From: Phoronis australis
Taxonomy: Eukaryota > Animalia > Phoronida
DNA: 64,000 nt
Assembly (NCBI GenBank): GCA_002633005.1
Contig: NMRA01000151.1
Coordinates: 110,060-174,059, forward strand
Direction: 5' to 3'
Below the pieces are notes generated by a model. The model searched no databases, had not been told where the DNA came from, and saw nothing but the letters and a program-made list of their open reading frames with translations. Below are positions 14,783 through 25,797 of this stretch, in pieces (position 1 is the stretch's first letter; each line of letters begins with the position of its first letter). The position numbers and the translations under genes were made by a program.

Positions 14783-15195
14783 CAACAAGAGCAACGCGGA
14801 GCGTTGAAATGCGCCCACGAATGTATCGCAAATGGTGTGCTTTTAGGGTTATTTATTTGAATCATAAAAATGGCCACTAGATGGCGCAAAAATGTACAAT
14901 CCATCCAAAAATGGGAATATGTCATATTTCATAAAAATCTGTCAAAGAACTTCAGAGAAACAAAGGAAAACAGAACAAAATGAAATTGCCACTTGTGGGC
15001 ACAGCATCCGTTCCATCTGCCTAAAAGTCGTCGTCTGTTATGTTCGTATAAATTGACTTACTAAATTTAATAAAGATCCTGCGGTGGGTTTTGAAGATAT
15101 AGCTATGGGCGCAAAACAAAACTACCACTAGGTGGCGCCACAGTAGTCAGTCACCATCATCAAACGTCCTTTTCACACTGAAAACATATATGCCT
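14783..15195 (+). mobile_element. HINE-like family B, 5' fragment (another short 5' fragment at ~16355-16485)
   Basis: AACAAGAGCAACGCGGAGCGTTGAAATGCGCCCACG head. Confidence 0.7.
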
Positions 15196-15196
15196 A

Positions 15197-15845
15197 GCGA
15201 TTGTCGATAAGGCAACTTGAATTCTTCAGTAAAAACAGTTTCAACTCAACAAATAACCTGAAATCCTACTTAAGTTTTCCAAATAGCGTCCCTAAGATTT
15301 TTAAGTTCCTCTGGAGTCGGGATTAACTGCAGACTAAGTCCAAATCTGCGCTAGACTGCAACTTGCAACACAAGAAAAATCTGGACCAACACACATTGTT
15401 GTCACGTGACATTTGTTTTGAAGTATGTCTGTGTGTGTGTCGAGTCAGCAAGCGCGTGTCATCAGAGTTCATTTGCCAGAGTAGCAGGCCTACATATATG
15501 TAGTGGGCGTTTCCTGGCCACGTGCTTTAAACACTTGTCAAGTCTTTTATTAGTCTTCAATTTGCGGTTTTCATGTGTCCAAAGAAATCAGAATTCCTGT
15601 TGAGGAAGAAGATCTACAATACAATCCCGTTGACAAGTGCGCTGCGTCTGTTCTTAAAGGCCAGACCATAGTGGGACACCTTCCTCGCAAGATCCGCAAA
15701 ACTTTTGTGTTCTTTTTGAAGCACTGCAGAAGTTTGAAGTGTATAGTCACAGCTAAATACAGACATAGTGGCGAGGCTCGTGGTCTAGAAATTCTGCGTA
15801 CAATGACTTTTTCAGGACTGTTGGAATATGACAAATCCGTATAAA
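15197..15845 (+). mobile_element. Second copy of the internal region of the 21772-22743 element
   Basis: Collinear similarity to ~22045-22630; encodes NPVDKCAASVLKGQTIVGHLPRKI...C.VTAKYR...GLEI. Confidence 0.65.
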
Positions 15846-18329
15846 ACTTTCAACCACAAGACTCAACTTTTGTAAGCAGACGCTTGCGCCATGTAAAGTA
15901 ATTCAGTTATTTTTTGTTAATATAAACATAGCAATTGTAAATTGCATTCGGCTTTCGTAGCACATATTCAAGTTAGAATCTAATAGTCTTTGAAGTTGTA
16001 ATATTAAAACTTAAAAATGTTTATAAACAACACTCAGCAAGGCTTCCCCACAGTATTGACCTTGAGACAGCACAGCTAGACAGTCCCACCGGGTTTTTTG
16101 AGTTGGGATTCGTCTCCGTTTGAATGAACGTGGATGTGTAATTCGTCGCCGAAGAAGTTGTTTGCATCTTTTTTCTAATGGGAATATGTACAGTTACAAC
16201 AACTAATTTGTCAATCATAACCTTGTCACCTTCTTAGAATTCCGGCATTATTTGGTTGGTGCGCGTTTGGTTGTTTTAGTGTTTTGCAGATGATAAAATG
16301 CAAGATGTATGGATTTCTACTTTTCAACTTTATGATTTGCTGATGTAATATGAAAACAAGAGCAACGTGGAGCGTTGAAATGCGCCCACGAATGCATCAA
16401 ATAGTGTGGTTTTAGGCTTTATTTGTATCATAAAAATGATGGCGCAAAAACGTACAATCCATCCGAAAACGGGAAAATGTCATTGCTATACTGATAGCAT
16501 TGTACAAGTCTTGGTCTACACAGTTTTTTAGTAAAAATGCTCACTACAGAAGGCTGTTTTGTAAACTTAGATGTAAAAACCTTGGTCTACGCATTTTTTT
16601 GTAAAACAAATATGTGTTTTGGGGGGATTGCTGGGGGTGGGAGTTACGCGTTGGAATCATAGACGTCCTGGAATATTGGGAACCCCATTTTGGACACCCT
16701 ATTTTCGAAATCCTGGATAAAGGCCTGATTCCAGGTTGCATTTTGTGGCTTGATACGAGCTGGCAAAAAGCTCAGCTCGCATTTCCAAGTTTCAGGTCGT
16801 AAACTGAAGGTTAGAGAGGCATACTAACTCTTTCTTAACTTTGGAAAAGAAGGCGTTTCAAGTGAGTACAGTGACTTGATGTTAATGAGAGATTTGATTT
16901 TCAATGACACCTTTGAGCAAAGCAGTTGTGTCACAACAGTCATTTAACTTAAAAATTCCACACAAAAGTGTCTCTTAGATAAAAAATCAATGCAGAATTC
17001 CAATTCCAAGCCATGCCAAAAATCAAAAATGAAATTCAAAGTCAAATAACTCAAAAACGGTAAGCCAGAGAAAAAAAATTGTTACAGTTTATTTGAAAGA
17101 ATATATATATACCTCAGAGAATCCACATGCAAAAATTCACGTCACTTTCTCTTTCTGTTTAAAACGGCACTCTGGCACAACTAAAAATGGGTCAACATGC
17201 GCCAGATCCACAATCTTGGAATCAACTTCCGTTTTTTTTAGGATTGAATAATAGCCTGCGATAGAAAACTGATACCTGAAAATTTTCAAAGCAATTGGTT
17301 CTTTAAAGCGCCCTCTAAAGCAGAAAACATTTTTCCCCAAATCCAGGTGCACATGCACAAGTGCCGATGTTTCCGTCATTTTGACCGGAAGTCAATGATT
17401 TCTAGCATAGTCGGAGGACCTGTATAGTTACGTATGTGTGCCGATTTTGAGTCCGATACGTCAAAAATTGCGGGTTCTATGAGCAACTGAATCAGAAATT
17501 GGAAACAAAATGGCCACCATGTCCGCCATCTTGGATCCGATCATGACATAAAACAATAGGCTTCGAGCACTTCAGGAGTTACACGTTGTGCGTAAATTTT
17601 GTGTGGATAGGACGAAAATTGCGACCTGTAGAGTACGAACAAAAAAAAACAAGAAAACGAGAGCGCTCAGATGAGCGACACTTGCAAAAATAAGCGAAAA
17701 CAGGACAATGGGGAGGACGACGAGGACAACTATCATGATGATGAAGGTGGCGATTATGAACAACACGATAACATTCATTTGACTAGCGAAAAAATTAATA
17801 AAAAAGTGCGGATCTGAGGCGCGGAGCGCTGACGGGGGGGAGGGGGAGGTAGAGAGGAGGGGGATTACCCCCACCCACTGAGGAAAAAATTGTAATGTAC
17901 ATAAGAAAGGTCATTTCTTTGCATTTTATTTAGCACACTATTTGCATGTCTTTTTTTGTTCAAAGGACGGCACAGAGTTTTTCATAGTCCACGAAATTCG
18001 TACAAGGTCCAAAAACTGTTTTTCAATGATCCTCGAATTTCGGACAATGTCATAAACATCAGATTTCTGTCCCGCAACTTTCGAACAAGGAAAATTTTAG
18101 AAACGCTAATTTCGGATCGACGCAACTCTCGTGTCACTAAAGCGTTCAATGGATATTTACAACTCTATAAGGCTTGAATCTGAGAATTGGTATAACGGGC
18201 TCTGTATTTTTTACCTTGTCTTGACAAACTAGCAGACGTATGGAAGCGTTTACAAATACAAATACACACTCTGTTATCATTGTTCATCACTTTTTCATTG
18301 CACTCGTTCCCACACCCATTACTGTTACG

Positions 18330-18840
18330 TTTAACACAAAATTCGTTAAAATTGAGAAAGCGCATGTTTTAATGGTCGGGAACCCTCTTTGTGCGTCGAA
18401 TACGCAAGTCCAGCTTTTTACTGGGAAACCACATTGAAAAAAAACGCTTATCGGCGCTCTCTTTGTGCGTTGACAACGCAAACTCGACATTCTCTATTGA
18501 GGAAACGCATTTTTACAAAAGAGAATCATCAGTTGTCTGGAACGTTTCATGTGCGTCAACAACGCAAACCAGAACCGTTCATTGGAAAGCCCATATTTGT
18601 CACTAGGAACACTCTTTTTTCACAACGTAGCCCGATATTTCAAATGAGATAGCCCATTTACGAAAATTCGTCACTTGCCGAGAACAGTTTTTGAACATCT
18701 GCAATGCAAGCCCAATATTTCATATTGAGAAAGCGCATTTTTGAAAAGAAGAACAGACACTTGTCGGGAACGTTCTTTGTGCATCGAAAATGCACATTTC
18801 TTGTTGGAAATCCCGTTTTTCAAAAATTAATCGCCCAGAC
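18330..18840 (+). repeat. Degenerate tandem subunit array, probably TE-internal
   Basis: Recurring GAAAGCGCATTTT, GTCGGGAAC, TGTGCGTC..AA.ACGCAA and TTGGAAAGCCC modules. Confidence 0.5.
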
Positions 18841-21771
18841 CGTTTGAGTCTCATTGACTAACAATTATACTGCTATCAAATGACCGAGTCATAGCCGAGC
18901 CGGCAATGTTGATACTGCGACCGCTCATCGAAATAATGTACACCCACGAAATTTGGACACAAGTGGAAACCCAAACGTGGAGGTCCGCCAAATGTGGACA
19001 CCACAAAAACGATGTTTTGCGAGATTTGTCCAAGAAAGATTTTTATCTATTGGAATTAATTTTGAGTGTCCGAAAATCGCGCGGCCTTACCGTACACATT
19101 TGACTGCATTATTGTTTTGAGTGACAGGATAAGAGCAATTTTTGAATTCGTACCTGTTTGTTTATTCTTCCTTAGCCACACCTTATACATTCGAGAAATT
19201 CGAACACGGCGAACATGGGCATAAAAAAATTGAATAAGGATTCTGAACTTGCTTTTGCCACCAAGTCCTAAGGCTCGGTGGAAAACAACTCTAGCGCAAA
19301 CCTTGAGCCCTATTGGATATTTACAAGATGGGGCTTTTTGCTACCTGTATGAATGAGAACTAAGTTGGTTTACCAGCATCGGATAACAAACTATATGACT
19401 ACCTGCATGCATACAGGTTGCACTGTTCTCACAAGCTCTGTAATTCAGTTCAATGTACCTGGAAACTGTTTTGAAATATTTTGAAGTAAATTTTTATATA
19501 TGTTGAGACCAATTCTAAACCTATCATCAAACAAAAAGCTAACACAGTGACCCCAATTCTCCAATGTATACAAGTTACAACCCTAAGTTTATGCCCACTG
19601 GTTTGCACTGTGATGATAAGAGACAGACCACCAGTTTTACAAGTTATGCAACATAACAGATAAGGCAACTTGCTTCATCATGCCACAGCTTAGGGTTAAG
19701 TTTGGAGTCACATTACACTTTTGACCACTCAGTGGCAACCCAATAATTTATATTTTGGCAAGCAACATACCCTTGGTGAAATCACACATTTTAACCTGAC
19801 CTACTATGATCCACCAAGCTAAAGGTTTACATAAAAGAGCCCTTCACAACATAATGAATAAAAATGTATGCGAAACAAATTACCATGAAACATATTTTTG
19901 ACCACAGCCTGTCCAAATAATTTAAAAGCCGTCCACACACAGACTTACCATAGAGCATGTTACTCCTGGAACGAGTTGCCAATAGGCTTGAATACTGGCT
20001 AGATGCTATTTCAACAAGTGCAACTTACCCCACTTGAGACAACTTACTCCACCTTATCAAGGTGAGGTAACTTGTTCTACGGTAACTTGCGCCAATTGTG
20101 ATCGCTAAGTGGCCGCAAAAGAACAAGGTAATTATCAGCCGCTATTACAAACAGACGGGTTTTCTCTAGCGTGACGTATTGACATTAGGTTTCATTGTCA
20201 TGCACAGAGTGACAATGAACACCTTACCCTAGTTATCAGATGTGTAAGTGTGGACGCTCCATTCAATAGTGGGGTAAGTTACATTAGGTCAAGTTGTTCT
20301 AGTGTAGGCTGTGTGTGGAGGGAACTTCAGTTGCGAACACGGGTTAGATTTCAGTAACGGTAGCACCTTGCAAAAAAGCAAGACTGCAAAATCACGGGAG
20401 ATGTTGTCGTACATTTTAAATGCGAACACATGATTTGGGCTTGATTTTCTTGATGCGAGACAGCTACTACACTCAACCTCATTCACTGCACTTCCACAAG
20501 AGATATCACACAACATGGATGACACTAAAGACAGCTGATCTCCACTGAATGGATTTCACCGCGTGGCCAGGTTGTTTAAGCTACTAGTGGTTGGAGGTGT
20601 TGGTTAGTTCATTGTCCACTACAGTTCATGGCTGTGACCAGCCAACTTCAGAATTTAGGAGCATGACGTGAAAATTTTAAAATTTCGCAATGACTTTGGA
20701 GAGCATTTAACTCATTGTATAAAAAAATTCTTGAAATAGCAACAGCAAATGAAAGACAGTACCATAACAGTTGGTATACCTGGGTTCGATGAACAACACT
20801 GATATTTAAAAATTAAATGAAATGCAATACAGGAAACATATAATTGTGATCGAATCGTTTCAGAACTGTCAATATTGCCTACTTCTAAAATTAGGTACAA
20901 GGTACAACCTAGAGCGAAACAATTTTGAGCGTCCCAAATTGGAGAACTTTACGGTTGTACCAGGCACACAAAATACATCATTCTAACTCAATTTCATAGC
21001 TAAGATTTGAGAGAACCCCCCCCAAAAAAACTTGATCATGGTCCTCACTAGTTCAGTCCACTTCTGGAGTAAGTTATGCCATATAGCCTTGGAGCAAGCC
21101 AAGAGATTTTTGCATCAATTAGAGCCCTCTCACTACTCCTCTCACTGCTCACCACAACAGCTTACAGTCACCAGACTTCGTAACCAGCCAATTTAAGAAG
21201 TGTGTCTTTGCTTTTTCCCAAACCGAAACCAGATGCAAACTAATTCTTACTGATACCAGGGACAAACGAGGAAGTCTTCAGTTTACAAAAAAAAATATTG
21301 AAAGTCAAATGAATGGTACATTTCCAGCTGAGAAGAGAACAATTGAATCGACAAAACAACTTGCAAGACACATGTTACAACAGGGTGGCAGTTTTATTTG
21401 ACTGATGCCAAGAAAATTGGCAATTTGGTCATGCCTGAAATCACCAGACTGGGTTTGTACAACAAAGTCATACTCAAACAAGACTGGGGGGCGTTGATAA
21501 ACAATGTTAACCTAACAGAAGACTCTGGGAAGTCATTACTTGCCTAGACCATCTTGGTCAATTTCCTAAACCACATGCTCAAGGAATACAACCGGAATTC
21601 TTCACAAAATATCAAATTTCTCAATATTAAGAAACTTTTTTCTATCCTTTGCATAGTTTTCGTGTGCAGATTTAGAAAAGTTCCTATAATCTACACCAAA
21701 GTAACCAGCCTTTGAAAAATACTAATTTAGGCAATTATTTTTTGTGCGCAATAAGTGAAGAATTATGACTA

Positions 21772-22743
21772 CCGTATTCGCCGTAATAACCGCCCAAGGC
21801 CCTTAGAAAAGTTTGTTTCAGGGGGGCACTTATTATAACCCAAGCAGTTGAAACCCGGTCTCCGAAACGGGTGAAATCGGGAGCTAAGATTCATCACATT
21901 TACACTTTGTGACGTATCTGTAATCTATGAAAGACTTACTACAAAACCGTGGTGTACTACTATCAAACTTTGCTGCTAAATTACCATCATTTTAGAGAAA
22001 ATTGTGCTGAAATCCAAGGACGAAAACTCGCTGAGTGACTGCCTCGCAATCGTCGACATGGCGACTTGAATGCTTGAATAAAGATACAGTTTCGACTCAA
22101 GCAAATTACCTGAAATCCTCCTTAAGTTTTCCAAGTAGCGTCCCTAAGATGCAAACATGTTTTATAGTATTAGAAACTGTTGGAAATTAGTGCCAATATT
22201 CATTTCTTGCTGATGCTATGCTACCCGTTTCATGAATGGATAGTCCCCGGCCGACTAATGTCTTTGATGACAGGTTCATGTATGTAGCGTGCGCTTCCTG
22301 GCCATGTGCTTTTAACACTGGCCAAGATTTTTATTAGTCTTCAATTCGCGGTTTTCACGTGTGCAAACGAATTCGGATTCCTGTTAAAAGCGGGAAATGT
22401 CTACAAAGCAATCCCGTAGACAAGTACACTAGGTCTGTTCTGAAAGGCCAGACCATTCCTCCTCGGAAGATCAGCAAAACTTTTATGTTCGTTATTTTGA
22501 GGCATGGTGGAGGTTTGAAGTATATAGTCACGGCTAAATACCGACACAACAGCAAGGCTCGTGGTCAACAAATTTCTGCGCATATTATTGATAAATTGAT
22601 GACGCTACTGTAGAATTTTAGGACTGTAGGTAAGGCATTTCTTGCACGTACACGTTCATGGACTGGGCGCTTATTTTAGCAAAGTCTGAAAATGCATGGG
22701 GGCGCGCTTATAGGAGCATGGGCGGTTATTACGGTAAATATGG
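21772..22743 (+). mobile_element. Non-autonomous pogo/Tc-like DNA transposon with a HIRAN-like coding remnant
   Basis: TA-flanked TIRs CCGTATTCGCCGTAATAACCGCCC / GGGCGGTTATTACGGTAAATATGG. Internal sequence is homologous to 15197-15840. Confidence 0.75.
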
Positions 22744-24012
22744 TAAACATATTATTCTGAACATGTTCCATGCAGCATTCAAAAGACAACTGATAAGTCG
22801 AACATTTTCGACATGTCCCCAACTTGGTGGCATATATCTGCAACAAGTCGCAACATGTTGGGCAGCAATTCATGGCACAATTTTGATGTGCAACCTTAAG
22901 GGTTTCAATGTCTAAGCGCATCAGAAATGGCTTTTATTCAGTCTTGTATTGCATTTATTTGAGCAGTTGACAGAGGGATGGTGAGGCTTGGTCATGCAGC
23001 TCCTGTGAAATGTTGTTAACCATAGGCTGTGTGAGACAGTATGTATCACAACAAATTCCAGGTATCTGCCAATCTATTGACAATTGTTCCAGAACTGAGC
23101 ACATAGATCAATTTCCTGACAAATATTTTTCTAAGAAATTGGAACATTTTGGTAGGAGATTTGCATAAGAAGGCACTCATTCACCTAAGGGGAAAGGTGT
23201 CTGAGCCTTCTGATAAGAGATTTTTTGGGTATGAGGAAAATTCCAATCAGTCAGCATCTATAACACCCCACCCCCTTGGTTAGACCTCATAGGCTGTGCC
23301 TCAAGTAGCCAAAACTAAAATTTTGTTCTGCTTCAAATCTTCACCTGTGTCAGTTACAAGTGATTCAAACCTTGCGAGGAATTTTTCAATCACTTGAAGG
23401 GAATTTTTGGGCTTCACGACAGGAATTTCACTGATTGTTTATATTTTCATAGGTGAAAGGGGCCCGATACTAGGCCTAAAAAAACACGGGATTGAGGGCC
23501 TTAAACGTACCAATTAGGCCCATATTTGAAGTAATGCTAAAATTAATTACTCATGTGTTTCTTTAAAATCTACATTTCAAAAGTTTAATAATGATTACCA
23601 ATATTATGTAAGTACAGGCGTGCAGCCCAAGCCAATAATATGATCACATAGTGTGGTACAGGTCGACAGTACAAAGCAACACTGATAAACACCTCTGGGA
23701 ATTTTGATGTCAGAACGATATCTTTTAACTAAATTGGCAAAATGTTACTGTGCCATTTGTATGCTGTACGCTTCATGTGAACTGTTTGTCGTAACATCTG
23801 AATTGAGAATTTCTAACTGGATCTCATAATTCGACATGGAAAGTAATGACCTCACCTGGCTTCAAAAGATTTGACTAGCTCAGGGAAATACAAACAGAGG
23901 TATAAAGTGAACTAGAAGAAACCTCGGTGATTTCCAATAGGGTGTTTTAGCCACCCATAACAAAATTACAGAACAATTATAAACGTACAAACAACAGCAA
24001 TTTTCATCAAGT

Positions 24013-24560
24013 TGTAGATGTACTTCTGGTGAATCATATGAGCCTCTGTTAGCCATTCGCTAACGGGCAATTGCCCATTAGCTGAATGGTTAGCACGCTT
24101 GCCAGTTTTATATGGGTTGCTGGTTCGGTTCCTAGTTTGAGTAATCTTGGCTATAACTACAAATGGCGTAATTCGCAAACGGATGATCTACTGATGATGC
24201 ACTGCCAACTAGTATCCGCGGACCTCGGACGGCACCTATGGCTATGGTGATAGTAAAATTCCAGGAGTCAAGGACCTGTATGAGAGACAACTTTGTGTTC
24301 ACCTGTGTTGTGGTGGTAAAGGTACCAAGGCAAGTTGATAACCTGTATGCGAGACAACCAGGTGTTCACCTTTCTGGTAGCACGCCTGTTCCGTTGAAAA
24401 GGGGGGAATGTAATAGATGTGCTTCTCGTGAATCACACGAGCCTCTGTTAGCCACTCGCTACAGGGCAATTGCCTATAAGATGAATGTTTAGCACGCTCC
24501 TCGGTTTTATGGGAGTCGCTGGTTCGATTCCCAGGTCAGGTAATCTTGGCTATTGCTACA
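24013..24560 (+). mobile_element. TRIM (miniature LTR retrotransposon) with tRNA-like Pol III promoter in its LTRs (Helenus-like)
   Basis: LTR1 24013-24161 and LTR2 24409-24560, both TG...CA. PBS TGGCGTAATTCGC at 24164, PPT GAAAAGGGGGGAA at 24396-24408, 4-bp TSD AAGT. A-box TAGCTGAATGG and B-box GGTTCGATTCC lie within the LTRs. Confidence 0.88.
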
Positions 24561-25021
24561 AAGTTTTGTAAGGTCTCTCCAAGCACAGACAATTTTTCCT
24601 TGAAACAATCCATGTACAGTTTCACAACAGCTGTCTAATTGTGACAGCGATTTCCGCACTGATCGTGACTGATGCCAACTGTGGAGCTCAAAATTCAATA
24701 AAATGTTATTAAAGTACTACTTGTCAGTAAACTTTGGCGTCATCAAGAGGAATGCTTCACAGTAGTTAAGATGCGAGGCGTCAATCCTGATAAACCCAGA
24801 AAGTTGCTGTTTAACACTTGTAAAATGTAACCTCATGATAGATTTTTCATCAGCAATATGTTTTATTAGGCCTACATAGTGTAAACTCATGCAGAAAACC
24901 CATACACTAGATGACCTGTTTCTGTCATCATGTCATGATTACAAGCAGTGTTACGAGCTACCTTAATCATCAATTAAGTACTCTCTCTTTCTCTTATGAA
25001 TAAAAATACATGTTTACGTAC

Positions 25022-25389
25022 CCTATTACACCAGGACCATATGTTCTATCACTCGGTATCCAGGGGGTAAGTCGACTGTCATCTTCTAGAATGAACTTTT
25101 TTGAACTGTGGTTCAGCCCATAGGTACTTGCCCTGTTTTCCTGTTTCCTAATAGTACATGGTTGATTTTGGTTCTGATAACTTTGCTGTTTATTGGACGG
25201 AGCATATTTCCGATCAAAATTGTTCGTGAAGTCAAGAGGTATGAATTCCTGAGCTTTTTGATCCAGATTTGGATTGGCGTTGTTGAGCATGCTATCTCTG
25301 TCTCCCACCTGAAGTTCCCAAAGTTTCGTCCACAGTTCATGCGCTGGTCCAAGCTGTTCTGGTGGGAACCAAGCAATCCTTGGATCCAT
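25022..25389 (-). CDS. TENT4B: TENT4/PAPD5-like non-canonical poly(A) polymerase, coding exon 1
   Basis: Translation MDPRIAWFPPEQLGPAHELWTKLWE...YGPGVIG matches the characteristic PAPD5 N-terminus. GT donor at 25020-25021 (phase 2) joins in frame to the LHEEI exon. Confidence 0.92.
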
Positions 25390-25522
25390 TCACCCGAAAC
25401 AGTATTTTACCGAGTAACTTACAATAAACTTTCTGTCATTAAGTCCTGAAATTTAGCCGACCTTGAGAGAAAAACTGAACAGCTTCCACCGGCAGACAGA
25501 TTCCAAAATGACACCCACTCAA

Positions 25523-25534
25523 TGCGCATGCGCA
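25523..25534. promoter_or_regulatory. NRF1/EWG-type palindromic site in the TENT4 proximal promoter
   Basis: Perfect TGCGCATGCGCA about 135 bp upstream of the ATG. Confidence 0.6.
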
Positions 25535-25785
25535 CAGTGAGAGAACAAACGATGTCCCCGACCGTGCATTACACCATTTGAGACAAACCAAAAACATCAA
25601 AAATCATTTAAACTAAATTTTACAAGATTAAATGATATAATACAGTTTAAAATAACAATATTCTAACAATTTACGAACATGTCTTGAGATTTATATTAAC
25701 AAAAAAAGAAAAGTAGTTTACGCCATATGCATGTTCAGTGTAAAGGATGAGATTTTTAAATCCGACAGATGGGAGGTCAAACTGG

Positions 25786-25797
25786 TGCATTGTGGGA
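25786..25797 (-). promoter_or_regulatory. ZNF143/Staf-like site
   Basis: TCCCACAATGCA on the minus strand matches the Staf consensus and lies in the same promoter region. Confidence 0.45.

Noticed and set aside
18330-18840. CRISPR-like repeat-spacer array
   Set aside because: Eukaryotic context; the units are degenerate, irregular and lack unique spacers.
24073-24145. Functional tRNA gene(s) at ~24073 and ~24472
   Set aside because: The acceptor and anticodon stems do not form properly, each copy has one damaged box, and both lie within LTRs.
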